The notes: generated by a model from the sequence alone, not told the origin. DNA of 64,000 nt from an uncultured Candidatus Saccharibacteria bacterium (GCA_964457625.1 CAYWES010000001.1:17725-81724), one strand, 5' to 3'; positions 54,447-63,725 are shown, counted from the first letter of the stretch. Translations and numbers: made by a program.

Positions 54447-54935
54447 ATGGAACACCTCCTTGCGCTCATCGCTATTCCCGAAGTGGAAATGTTTCTCAAG
54501 CTTTTTACCGCTCTCTTTTTGGGCATGTCTCTTGGGCTAGAACGTGCATTAGCCCAAAAAACAGCCGGCATGCGTACCTACGGGCTTGTCTCAATGGGTG
54601 CGGCACTATTTATTATTATTGCGGTTACTGCATTGAAGCATTTTGATGAGTTTACCGCGCTTCACCAGTCTATCCGTATGGCCGCTCAGATTGTGACAGG
54701 TATCGGGTTTATCGGAGCAGGTCTCATATTCTTTAAGGGGGAAACAGTAAGCGGGGTGACTACTGCCGCAGGTATTTGGGTTGCTGCTGGGATAGGTATG
54801 GCTGTCGGGTACGGACTTTTTGGGTTGGCACTCATGGCGACACTTTTGGTACTTATGGCATTTACACTCTTTTGGTTTGCAGAGGAGCGCATCAGAGACA
54901 CCTTTCTCCATCGAGATCATCACGACACAGCCTAG
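54447..54935 (+). CDS. MgtC/SapB family membrane protein
   Basis: LGLERALAQKTAGMRTYGLVSMGAALF and GIGFIGAGLIF motifs. Confidence 0.85.
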   Translation: MEHLLALIAIPEVEMFLKLFTALFLGMSLGLERALAQKTAGMRTYGLVSMGAALFIIIAVTALKHFDEFTALHQSIRMAAQIVTGIGFIGAGLIFFKGETVSGVTTAAGIWVAAGIGMAVGYGLFGLALMATLLVLMAFTLFWFAEERIRDTFLHRDHHDTA

Positions 54936-54970
54936 GCGACTCTAACGCTTAACGGGCACTCTCAGCAGGT

Positions 54971-56758
54971 ATGAATTCACGAGAATTACGATCACGATTT
55001 TTAAAATTTTTTGAGAAGAGGGGACATGCCGTCATCCCTTCAGCTTCTTTGGTACCGGAGAATGACCCTTCGGTGCTTTTTAATACTGCGGGAATGCAAC
55101 CTCTCGTCCCGTATCTTTTGGGAGCACCGCATCCGGATGGCACGCGCCTCGTGAATGCACAAAAGTGTGTTCGCACGCAAGATATCGACGAGATTGGCGA
55201 CAGCACCCATGCCACATTTTTTGAAATGCTTGGAAATTGGTCTCTTGGAGATTATTTCAAAGAGGATGCGCTTCGCTGGAGCTTTGAATTCCTCACTTCA
55301 AAAGAAGAGGGGCTCGGGCTTGATCCTCGTCGTCTGTATGTGACGGTATTTGCGGGTGATGAAAACGCTCCTCGCGATGAAGAATCAGCGACCATCTGGA
55401 GAAGTATCTTTGTGGAGCACAACATTCCGGGAGAGCGTATCTATTTCCTCAGCGCAAAATCTAATTGGTGGAGCCCCGGAGACAATGGACCATGTGGGCC
55501 CGACTCAGAAATGTTTTATGATGTGAGCGGAAAGCACACCGAAGGAATGACACTTGAAGAGTACCTCGCTGCTGATAACGCACAGGATGTGGTTGAGATC
55601 TGGAACGACGTATTCATGGAATACAAAAAAGAGAACGGTGTTGTCGTCGGGAAGCTCAGCCGAAAGAATGTCGATACGGGTTCGGGACTTGAGCGCGTAC
55701 TCATGACGGTGCAGGGCAAGGATAATATTTTTGATACGGATTTATTTACGCCCATTTTTGACGCCATTCGTGCACATACGGGCGGAGAAATTCGCGATAT
55801 GCGTGCGGCACGTATTGTTGCGGATCACATGCGCGCGTCAACGATGATGATTACGGATGGAGTGCGTCCTTCAAACACGGATCAAGGATATATCGTGCGC
55901 AGGCTTTTGCGTCGCGCGGTGCGATACGCTGATCTCTTGGGACTCCCTCCGCATACACTCTCCAAGATTGTAGAGGTCGTAGTCTCAATATATGATGAGG
56001 CATACCCGGAAGTCTCTGTTCGAAAAAAAGAGACCCAAGAAGCGATTCAGAAAGAAGAGGAGAAGTTTAGAAAAACACTCGAGCGAGGAATGAAAGAGTT
56101 TGCGCGCCTTGCTGAAGAAGGAGCTATTTCTGCCGAGGGAGCATTTCAACTTTTTTCCACGCATGGCTTCCCGCTTGAAATGACTGAGGAGCTCGCCTCT
56201 GAGCGGGGAATTGTGGTAGATAGAGAAGGATTTCAAGAAGCGTTCAAAAAGCACCAAGAGCTTTCTCGCGCAGGAGCTGAACAGAAGTTCAAAGGAGGCC
56301 TTGCTGATACAAGTGTTATGTCGACACGGTATCACACTACGACACATCTTCTCCATCAGGCACTCCGCACAGTCCTTGGAGAAGGAGCAATACAGAAGGG
56401 TTCAAATATTACCGCAGAGCGCTTGAGGTTTGACTTTGCTCATGGTGCAAAAATGACCGATGAAGAAAAGCGTGCCGTTGAAGATTTGGTGAATAAAAAG
56501 ATTTCAGAGGCGCTTCCAGTCTTTTATGAGGATATATCTTTCGAAGAAGCACAAAAACGTGGGGCGATAGGGCTCTTTGGTGAAAAATACGGAGATACCG
56601 TACGCGTATATCAAGTGGGGGAGGGAGATTCTCGGTACAGTCTTGAGTTTTGTGGAGGACCTCATGTGGAAAACACAAGCGAGCTCGGTCACTTCAAGAT
56701 TGTAAAAGAAGAGGCCGTTGCCCAAGGAGTTCGTCGTATAAAAGCGGTACTTGAATAA
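54971..56758 (+). CDS. alaS: alanyl-tRNA synthetase, short form lacking the C-Ala domain
   Basis: FLKFFEKRGH…FNTAGMQP…FFEMLGNWSLGDYFK. Editing-domain motifs HTTTHLLH and CGGPHV. Ends at 595 aa. Confidence 0.93.
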   Translation: MNSRELRSRFLKFFEKRGHAVIPSASLVPENDPSVLFNTAGMQPLVPYLLGAPHPDGTRLVNAQKCVRTQDIDEIGDSTHATFFEMLGNWSLGDYFKEDALRWSFEFLTSKEEGLGLDPRRLYVTVFAGDENAPRDEESATIWRSIFVEHNIPGERIYFLSAKSNWWSPGDNGPCGPDSEMFYDVSGKHTEGMTLEEYLAADNAQDVVEIWNDVFMEYKKENGVVVGKLSRKNVDTGSGLERVLMTVQGKDNIFDTDLFTPIFDAIRAHTGGEIRDMRAARIVADHMRASTMMITDGVRPSNTDQGYIVRRLLRRAVRYADLLGLPPHTLSKIVEVVVSIYDEAYPEVSVRKKETQEAIQKEEEKFRKTLERGMKEFARLAEEGAISAEGAFQLFSTHGFPLEMTEELASERGIVVDREGFQEAFKKHQELSRAGAEQKFKGGLADTSVMSTRYHTTTHLLHQALRTVLGEGAIQKGSNITAERLRFDFAHGAKMTDEEKRAVEDLVNKKISEALPVFYEDISFEEAQKRGAIGLFGEKYGDTVRVYQVGEGDSRYSLEFCGGPHVENTSELGHFKIVKEEAVAQGVRRIKAVLE

Positions 56759-56767
56759 TTCTCTTTA

Positions 56768-56815
56768 GGGAAAAGGGGCGATGCTGCTTTTCAGCATCGC
56801 CCCTTTTCCCTTGTT
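56768..56815 (+). terminator. long-hairpin terminator after alaS
   Basis: 19-bp perfect stem GGGAAAAGGGGCGATGCTG/CAGCATCGCCCCTTTTCCC followed by TTGTT. Confidence 0.6.
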
Positions 56816-56848
56816 CCTCCGCACCAGAAAAGATATACTGATAGAGTA

Positions 56849-58030
56849 ATGGCATTTTCTTTTTCATTGCGTTCAAAACATAAAGAAAAAACTATTCTCG
56901 TCGTTGATATTGGTTCAGCGAGTGTGGGTGTTGCGCTCGTCGCTCTTTCTCCTAAAAAAAATCCCCACATCCTTCTTTCAGAGAGGGAAGAGATTCCTTC
57001 CCAACCCGAGCTTTCCGCCCCAAAACTCCGACGTGCTATGGAGGGTGCGTTGGGGCGAGCCTTGCGAACTATTGGGAAAAACCTCAGGAAGCATCATTAT
57101 TCTCTCCCTGCGCGTGTTGTGTGTACGCTTTCCGCGCCGTGGTCTCTCGAAAAAACACGCCACATTATTACCGAATCCGAATCCCTCTTTGTGGTCACAG
57201 AACGCATGGTCGATGATATCTTAGAAGTAGATATGGGGAATCTCAAACAGGAGCTTTCCGGTACTCTGCCCACAGAAGATATTTTTGTCTTTGAGCGCCG
57301 CGTGTTGGGAGCTTCGCTTGATGGGTATCAAGTGAGCTCTCCCTTTGGACGCAAAACAACACGCCTCGACACCATAGCGCTTTTCGGAGTGTCTTCGAAA
57401 AAGGTTATGGATGGGATTGTCTCTTATATTGGGAGAGTATTTCATACGAAACAGATAGAGTGGAGCTCTTTTTCTCTTGCCTCGTTCAGTGCGATACGAG
57501 ATATTTTTCCTCACGAAAAAGATTTTCTTCTCCTCGATATTACAGGGGAGGCGACCACGGTGTCTCTTATCAAAAACGACCTTTTAGACCAAAGCCTCTT
57601 CTTCCCTCGGGGTAGAAATACGCTTATTCGAGAACTTTCTCTAGGAATGAATGTTCCCCATGAAGCGGCTGGAAGCCTGTTCAAAATGTATCTTCGTGGT
57701 ACACTAAATGAGCAGAAGCATGAACAGGTAAAGCGTATTTTGAAAGAATCGAGCCAAGGGTGGGTGAGTCGTCTTGAAAAGACGCTCACGGCGCTCCACA
57801 AGGAAGGAAACCTTCCCCACACGGTGTTTTTTAACGCAGACAAAGAAGTAGCTCAGTTCTACCATGAGATATTGAGCGAAATTGGTACGGGGTTTGGGGG
57901 AGCGTTCTTTTTCCCTCGATATGTGGACCCACAAGTGTTTCGAGGATTTATAACATCAGAAGAAGGTATATCTCGCGATCCATTTTTGGTCATCGGAGCA
58001 TTATTAGCAAGTAAATTGAATACACAATAA
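56849..58030 (+). CDS. actin-fold (ASKHA) ATPase, FtsA/PilM-like
   Basis: Phosphate-1-like LVVDIGSASVGVALV and phosphate-2-like LLLDITGEATTVSLI. 393 aa. Subfamily not resolved. Confidence 0.5.
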   Translation: MAFSFSLRSKHKEKTILVVDIGSASVGVALVALSPKKNPHILLSEREEIPSQPELSAPKLRRAMEGALGRALRTIGKNLRKHHYSLPARVVCTLSAPWSLEKTRHIITESESLFVVTERMVDDILEVDMGNLKQELSGTLPTEDIFVFERRVLGASLDGYQVSSPFGRKTTRLDTIALFGVSSKKVMDGIVSYIGRVFHTKQIEWSSFSLASFSAIRDIFPHEKDFLLLDITGEATTVSLIKNDLLDQSLFFPRGRNTLIRELSLGMNVPHEAAGSLFKMYLRGTLNEQKHEQVKRILKESSQGWVSRLEKTLTALHKEGNLPHTVFFNADKEVAQFYHEILSEIGTGFGGAFFFPRYVDPQVFRGFITSEEGISRDPFLVIGALLASKLNTQ

Positions 58031-58037
58031 TATCACC

Positions 58038-59411
58038 ATGGATAACATCAAGCGAAAAGCAACAGCACATAAAAGTGCCCCTAGCCCTGAACACAGCACG
58101 ACACATCATCGTGTACCCCACAAAAATGATTCGCATGACGGTGCAGACAAGGTTTCTCCGCATGATCGTATTCAAAGCAGCCCCTTTTTCCAAAAGAGCT
58201 CCTCTCCTGTTTCCGTCGTTCCTCCTGTTCGTCACCATCGCGCAAAAAAGAAGAAAATCCCCAGCGGTAAAGTATTCTTCTTCTTTGTCCTCCTCGCTCT
58301 CTTGTTTGCAGGGGTATTTTTTGGGGCAGGGCGTTTTGCAAGCGCTACGGTCCGCCTCACGCCAGTCGTCGAGACTGCTCCTCTCGATAAAAATATAAGC
58401 GCTTCTCTTGAAGGAGAGGGTAGCGGACTTGCATTTCATGTAATGACGTTCTCGGAGGAGAAGATTAAAGATGTTCCTGCTACCATTGAACAAGATGTAC
58501 AACGGAAGGCATCAGGAACGATTGTCATCTACAATGCTCACAACGGAAACGCACAGCGACTTATCGTAAATACGCGCTTTGAAACTCCTGATGGAAAAAT
58601 ATTCCGTATCGGTGAATCTGTCGAGGTGCCGGGCGCAGTCATGTCCGAAGGCAAGGTGGTGACACCGGGCGCTCTTGAGGTGACGGTATATGCAGATGCT
58701 CCCGGAAGAGAATACAACATCGGTCTCTCAGACTTTACCATTCCTGGATTTAAGGGGGATCCGCGCTACACAACCTTCACCGCTCGCTCCAAGAGCGACA
58801 GTCCCATGACAGGAGGTTTTTCTGGGGTGGTCAAAGTTCCTTCTCCTGAAGCTATCGCTATCGCACAGAGAGAGTTAAAGGACGATCTTAAAATCCTCGC
58901 AATCGAGAAAGCTCGCGCGCAAGTTCCTGAAGGGACAATATTTTTCCCGGGAAGCGTACTCCTTAAATACGAAGAGATTCCTGTTGATTTCACAAACAAC
59001 GATAGAGCAGCTGTGGGTATCCGCGCAACAACATCCGTCTTTTTCTTCAATTCCAAAGACTTGGTAAGTATGTTGGCGTCCGAAGCACTTCCGCACTATG
59101 ACCCAAGTGCTTCTTTCTCGCTCCTTAAAAGAGAAAACCTTACGTTCACATTTCTTGATTCTGTTGAGCAGGTAGTCGTTGAAGATATCGACGATATTCG
59201 CTTCAACATACGAGGGGAGGGCGTATTTATAGGGCTCCTCAACGTCGAAGAAATGAGTAATACTCTTGCAGGGAAACAAAAAACCGCATTTGCTGAAATC
59301 GTCAACACCGACCCTCTCATCGAAAAAGCTGAACTCTCCATATTCCCTCCATGGCGCTCTGCGTTCCCTGAAGATTCTCGCAAAATTGCCATTGATATTA
59401 TTAATCAGTAG
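58038..59411 (+). CDS. single-pass membrane protein with large extracytoplasmic domain (hypothetical)
   Basis: His/Ser/Pro-rich N-terminus, TM helix (VFFFFVLLALLFAGVFFGAG), then about 350 aa of beta-rich domain. Confidence 0.5.
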   Translation: MDNIKRKATAHKSAPSPEHSTTHHRVPHKNDSHDGADKVSPHDRIQSSPFFQKSSSPVSVVPPVRHHRAKKKKIPSGKVFFFFVLLALLFAGVFFGAGRFASATVRLTPVVETAPLDKNISASLEGEGSGLAFHVMTFSEEKIKDVPATIEQDVQRKASGTIVIYNAHNGNAQRLIVNTRFETPDGKIFRIGESVEVPGAVMSEGKVVTPGALEVTVYADAPGREYNIGLSDFTIPGFKGDPRYTTFTARSKSDSPMTGGFSGVVKVPSPEAIAIAQRELKDDLKILAIEKARAQVPEGTIFFPGSVLLKYEEIPVDFTNNDRAAVGIRATTSVFFFNSKDLVSMLASEALPHYDPSASFSLLKRENLTFTFLDSVEQVVVEDIDDIRFNIRGEGVFIGLLNVEEMSNTLAGKQKTAFAEIVNTDPLIEKAELSIFPPWRSAFPEDSRKIAIDIINQ

Positions 59412-59461
59412 GTACCGTTGTTTGACGGCAGAAGAGAGATCTGGTATCATCTAAGACCACA

Positions 59462-59677
59462 ATGGGAGAGTCAGAAAAAGAAGAGCTTATTCAAGGAGAA
59501 GTCATCGAGGCATTACCAAGCGCCATGTTTCGCGTGGAATTTGAAGATGGAGTAGTCTCTATCTGCTACCTTGCGGGTAAAATGCGTCTTCACAGGATTA
59601 AAGTTCTTATTGGTGACAAGGTTATGGTCAAAGTCGATCCCTATGGAGGCAAGGGGAGAATCCTTAAACGTCTCTAA
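59462..59677 (+). CDS. infA: translation initiation factor IF-1
   Basis: GEVIEALPSAMFRVEFEDG…AGKMRLHRIKVLIGDKVMV (S1-like OB fold). Confidence 0.93.
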   Translation: MGESEKEELIQGEVIEALPSAMFRVEFEDGVVSICYLAGKMRLHRIKVLIGDKVMVKVDPYGGKGRILKRL

Positions 59678-59721
59678 GGGGGTGTTTTTGGAGAAACAAC
59701 TGGAAATTATGCCTAAAACTC

Positions 59722-59750
59722 TTGCATTTAATTTAAAAATGCGATAGAAT
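59722..59750 (+). promoter_or_regulatory. candidate promoter TTGCAT-N17-TAGAAT upstream of rpmJ
   Basis: TTGCAT at 59722-59727, 17-nt spacer, TAGAAT at 59745-59750. Confidence 0.4.
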
Positions 59751-59800
59751 GGCAAAATCGTTTCATTTCGGAACGGTTGGTTCCGATTTGCCCTTGTTTT
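59751..59800 (+). terminator. bipartite hairpin plus T-rich tail between infA and rpmJ (terminator or attenuator candidate)
   Basis: GGCAAA…TCGGAAC-ggttg-GTTCCGA-TTTGCC followed by CTTGTTTT. Confidence 0.35.
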
Positions 59801-59852
59801 GCAAAGGTTTTCTCACAAACTGAGCATTACTCTAAAGAGGCATTTATTTTTT

Positions 59853-59966
59853 ATGAAAGTACGAGCATCAGTGAAAAAGATTTGCGTAAAATGCAAAATG
59901 GTCAAGCGAGGAGATCGTATTCGTGTTATTTGTGCAAATCCAAAACATAAACAGCGACAAGGCTAA
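59853..59966 (+). CDS. rpmJ: 50S ribosomal protein L36
   Basis: Not in the ORF track. Translation: [37 protein letters not shown]. Confidence 0.92.
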   Translation: MKVRASVKKICVKCKMVKRGDRIRVICANPKHKQRQG

Positions 59967-59979
59967 ATATATTTAGAAC

Positions 59980-60360
59980 ATGCGTATTTTAGGAGTTACT
60001 ATACCAGACGAAAAGCGATTAGAAATTGGACTCACTGCGGTCTACGGTATCGGTCGTCCCGTGGCAAAGAAAATTCTCAACAATGCGGGAATTGACGGCG
60101 GAGTCCGTGCGAAAGAATTGTCTGCTGATGATGAAGCAAAGATTCGCAAGGAAATAGAAGGCATGACCCTAGAAGGGGACCTCAAGCGCTCCGTTGCTTC
60201 ATCTATCAAGCGTTTGAAAGATATAAAGACATACCGAGGAAGTCGTCATGCAAAGAAGCTTCCTGCGCGCGGACAGCGCACAAAGACCAACTCGCGCACG
60301 GTCCGAGGTAATGTTCGCAAGACTATGGGTTCAGGGCGTCGTAAGGCTGACAAGAAATAA
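59980..60360 (+). CDS. rpsM: 30S ribosomal protein S13
   Basis: MRILGVTIPDEKRLEIGLTAVYGIGR…RGQRTKTNSRT. Confidence 0.96.
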   Translation: MRILGVTIPDEKRLEIGLTAVYGIGRPVAKKILNNAGIDGGVRAKELSADDEAKIRKEIEGMTLEGDLKRSVASSIKRLKDIKTYRGSRHAKKLPARGQRTKTNSRTVRGNVRKTMGSGRRKADKK

Positions 60361-60366
60361 TATAGT

Positions 60367-60801
60367 ATGGGAAAGAAACGAATCATCAAGAAAGAAGGAC
60401 AGACTGCGGACCAAGGATTGGTCTCACGTGCTCTCGCGCGTACCGCAAAGAAGAAGCATGCTACAGGTACCTTGTATGTACAGTCAACATACAACAATAC
60501 TAAGCTTATGCTTGCCGACAAGAATGGCGGAGCCCTCCTTGCTTCCTCATCTGGTGCGCTCGGTTTCAAAGGAGCAAAAAAGGGGACTCCGTTTGCTGCC
60601 GCAAAGGTAGGAGAACTTTTGGGGGAGCGCGCACTCATCATTGGTATCAAGGAAGTTGATGTGGTGGTGAAAGGAGTCGGATCAGGTCGTGAAAGCTCGA
60701 TTCGCGCGTTTAACTCAAAAGGAATCGATATCACCAAGATTCGTGATGTCACCCCGGTTCCTCACAATGGACCAAAGCCTAAGAAACCTCGAAGGATTTA
60801 A
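60367..60801 (+). CDS. rpsK: 30S ribosomal protein S11
   Basis: …GALGFKGAKKGTPFAAA…VKGVGSGRESSIRA…DVTPVPHNG. Confidence 0.96.
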   Translation: MGKKRIIKKEGQTADQGLVSRALARTAKKKHATGTLYVQSTYNNTKLMLADKNGGALLASSSGALGFKGAKKGTPFAAAKVGELLGERALIIGIKEVDVVVKGVGSGRESSIRAFNSKGIDITKIRDVTPVPHNGPKPKKPRRI

Positions 60802-60819
60802 TCTTCTTAACGTAATCAT

Positions 60820-61431
60820 ATGAGTAGAATTCCATGTAAAGTTTGTCGTCGTCTCGGAGAGTCAATTTGCGGACGAGAAAAATGTGCTTTCAAGCGCCGT
60901 CCGTACCCTCCTGGTCGTACGATGGCGGAACGCAAGCACCGTTCTTCGGTGACTGACTACGGTCATCAGATGCGCGAGAAGCAGAAGGTTCGCAACACAT
61001 ACGGTCTTCGTGAAAAGCAGTTCGCTTCATATATTAAAGAGGCGACAAACATTAAGGGCGTTAATCCCGCAGAAGCTCTTTTTGAGGTTCTCGAGTCTCG
61101 TCTCGACAGCGCGGTACTTCGCGCGGGGTTTGCCCCTTCTCGTTCTCTTGCGCGCCAGATGGTTGCGCACGGACATATTACGGTAAATGGACGCCGTACC
61201 TACATTCCTTCGCGTCGCCTTAAAGTGGGAGATGTCCTTGCGGTGCGTGAGGGAAGCAAGGGTACCGCATTGTTTTTGGGGATTGCAGAGAAGCTTGCTT
61301 CACACACTGCGCCGACGTGGCTCAGTGTTGACGCACAGAAGGTTTCCGCAACGTTTCAAGGAAAGCCAAAAGCTATCCAAGGTGAGTACACGTTTAATCT
61401 CACCACGGTTATCGAGTTCTATAGTCGTTAG
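60820..61431 (+). CDS. rpsD: 30S ribosomal protein S4
   Basis: CKVCRRLGESIC…YGLREKQF…RLDSAVLRAGFAPSRSLARQMVAHGHITVNG. Confidence 0.96.
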   Translation: MSRIPCKVCRRLGESICGREKCAFKRRPYPPGRTMAERKHRSSVTDYGHQMREKQKVRNTYGLREKQFASYIKEATNIKGVNPAEALFEVLESRLDSAVLRAGFAPSRSLARQMVAHGHITVNGRRTYIPSRRLKVGDVLAVREGSKGTALFLGIAEKLASHTAPTWLSVDAQKVSATFQGKPKAIQGEYTFNLTTVIEFYSR

Positions 61432-61471
61432 TCCTATTACCGGATAGACCAAACATATTTTTAATATCATC

Positions 61472-62446
61472 ATGCTCGACTACAACATCACATTGCCATC
61501 AAAACCAAAGATCATCTCCGAAGATGGTTTTAAGGGTACTTACGAGATTGAAAGTCTTTATCCGGGATACGGTCATACCCTCGGAAATTCATTGCGTCGC
61601 ATTGTCCTCTCATCACTTCTCGGCGCTGCCATTACCTCGGTAAAAATCGAAGGCGCTCCTCATGAGTTTTCAACGTTGGACGGAGTCAAAGAAGACGTTA
61701 TCACCATTCTCCTTAACCTTAAAAAAGTTCGCTTCAAGCTTGCTACCGAGGGTGAGCACGTAGTAACCCTTTCTGTAAAGGGGGCAAAAGACGTCACCGC
61801 GGGGGACATCAAGCTCTCTGGACAGGTGGAGGTTTTGAATCCTGAGATTTCTGTTGCGACACTTACGAGCAAGAATGCTTCTCTTGAGATAGAAATGACA
61901 CTCATGAATGGCTTCGGATACGTTGCGAAGGAGATTCACCAGAAGGACAAAGTAGAAATTGGCACGATTGCCGTTGACGCCATCTTTACTCCTATTCGCC
62001 GTGTAAACTACGAAGTTGATAACATGCGCGTCGGTGATCGTACGGACTACAATCGCTTGCGTATGACGATTGAGACCGACGGTACCATTACGCCACGTCG
62101 TGCGCTCGAAGCATCTATCGAGATTATGACAAAACAACTCAAGGCAATCATCGGATTTTCCGAAGCGGAGGAAGAGGTTGTCGAAGCACCTTCTCTAGAC
62201 ACTATCGAAGAAGAGGGTTCTTCAAAGAAGGAAGTTGCCGACACAGAGTTCCTCAAGACGCGTATTGAGCAGCTTGATCTTTCTACGCGCACGACAAACG
62301 CTTTGAACAATGCGAACATCCGCACGGTGGGAGGGCTTGCGCGAAAGACAGAAGAAGACCTTCTTGAGATTGACGGTCTAGGAGACAAGGGAATTCAGGA
62401 GATTAAGCGCGTGCTTGCGCAGTACAACATTATCCTCAAGGATTAA
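61472..62446 (+). CDS. rpoA: DNA-directed RNA polymerase subunit alpha
   Basis: PGYGHTLGNSLRRIVLSSLLGAAIT. C-terminal domain LDLSTRTTNALNNANIRTVGGL. Confidence 0.96.
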   Translation: MLDYNITLPSKPKIISEDGFKGTYEIESLYPGYGHTLGNSLRRIVLSSLLGAAITSVKIEGAPHEFSTLDGVKEDVITILLNLKKVRFKLATEGEHVVTLSVKGAKDVTAGDIKLSGQVEVLNPEISVATLTSKNASLEIEMTLMNGFGYVAKEIHQKDKVEIGTIAVDAIFTPIRRVNYEVDNMRVGDRTDYNRLRMTIETDGTITPRRALEASIEIMTKQLKAIIGFSEAEEEVVEAPSLDTIEEEGSSKKEVADTEFLKTRIEQLDLSTRTTNALNNANIRTVGGLARKTEEDLLEIDGLGDKGIQEIKRVLAQYNIILKD

Positions 62447-62474
62447 TGTATCTTAGTAAATTAGAAGTAGTATT

Positions 62475-62834
62475 ATGAAACATCACAAGGCACTCAGAAA
62501 ATTTGGACGCGACCACGCAGGACGTTTGGCGCTTATGCGATCCCTTGCGTTGTCATTGATTATGGAAGAGCATATCAAGACAACAGAGGCTCGCGCGAAG
62601 GAGCTCCGTCCTTTTATTGAGAGCCTCGTCACAAAAGGTCGTACACCAGACCTTAACTCACGTCGCTTGATTGTTGCGCGTCTCGGCGGTACGCTCGGAG
62701 AAACTGGCGCAAAGAAGCTTATTGAAGACATCGCGCCTCGCTACAAGGAGCGCCCAGGCGGGTACACGCGCATTGTGAAGCTTCCTCGCCGAGGAGGTGA
62801 CGCAAGTAAAATGGCGGTTATTGAGTTTGTATAG
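62475..62834 (+). CDS. rplQ: 50S ribosomal protein L17
   Basis: MKHHKALRKFGRDHAGRLALMRSLALSLI…GGYTRIVKL. Confidence 0.95.
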   Translation: MKHHKALRKFGRDHAGRLALMRSLALSLIMEEHIKTTEARAKELRPFIESLVTKGRTPDLNSRRLIVARLGGTLGETGAKKLIEDIAPRYKERPGGYTRIVKLPRRGGDASKMAVIEFV

Positions 62835-62845
62835 AAAATATTACC

Positions 62846-63199
62846 ATGGCTACGAAATCATATACTATTGATGCAAAGGGAAAGGCGATTGGTCGCGTGG
62901 CGACCGAGGCGGCTATGATTCTCATGGGGAAAAATACCCCCGCATTTCAGAACAACAAGGTTGCTGATGTTTCAGTGACTATTGAGAATGCTTCTCAAGC
63001 CGCTATCCCTGTAAGTAAGCTTGGGCAGGTTCGTCACAAGCTCTACAGCGGGTATCCCGGTGGGTTGAAACAGCGCACCCTCGCGTACGTTCTCGAAAAG
63101 AAGGGATACACACAGGCGTTCACGCTTGCCGTAGGGAGAATGATTCCTCGTAATCGTCTCCATAAAGAGCGCATGAAGCGTTTAGTGGTTATTGATTAA
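62846..63199 (+). CDS. rplM: 50S ribosomal protein L13 (short)
   Basis: …IDAKGKAIGRVATEAAMILMGKNTP…YSGYPGGLK…RMIPRN. 117 aa. Confidence 0.9.
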   Translation: MATKSYTIDAKGKAIGRVATEAAMILMGKNTPAFQNNKVADVSVTIENASQAAIPVSKLGQVRHKLYSGYPGGLKQRTLAYVLEKKGYTQAFTLAVGRMIPRNRLHKERMKRLVVID

Positions 63200-63210
63200 C
63201 AATATATTTT

Positions 63211-63681
63211 ATGACAACGAAGGATATCACAACAGAAAAGGTACCGACTTCAGAGGAGCATGCTCCGAAGAAGGCTTCTCGTGGAAAGGAGAGCCCTTAC
63301 ATCGAAGCGGTAGGCCGTCGAAAGACTTCAACCGCACGCGTACGTATCTCAGAGTCTTCAAAGTCAACGATTGTTGTTAACGGCAAAGAGCTCAAAACAT
63401 ACTTTGTAACCCCCGAACTTCAGAAGATTATTTTGGACGTTTTTGAAAAATCAAAAGTTCCAGGAAAGTACACTACGAGTGTCGTGGTAAAGGGAGGTGG
63501 TATTCATTCTCAGGCCGAGGCAGTACGTCACGGACTTTCTCGAGCATTGGTGACGGAGGATACCGAGCTCCGCCCACGCTTAAAGAAAATGGGCTTCTTG
63601 AAACGAGATCCTCGTATGAAAGAGCGTCGCAAGTTTGGACTCAAAAAAGCACGCAAAGGTCCAAAATGGAGTAAGCGCTAG
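63211..63681 (+). CDS. rpsI: 30S ribosomal protein S9
   Basis: GRRKTSTARVRI…GGGIHSQAEAVRHGLSRAL…RDPRMKERRKFGLKKARK. Confidence 0.95.
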   Translation: MTTKDITTEKVPTSEEHAPKKASRGKESPYIEAVGRRKTSTARVRISESSKSTIVVNGKELKTYFVTPELQKIILDVFEKSKVPGKYTTSVVVKGGGIHSQAEAVRHGLSRALVTEDTELRPRLKKMGFLKRDPRMKERRKFGLKKARKGPKWSKR

Positions 63682-63725
63682 AGAAGTTTATTCACCACGG
63701 GCAGTGGTAAAAAAGAACGTTTTCA

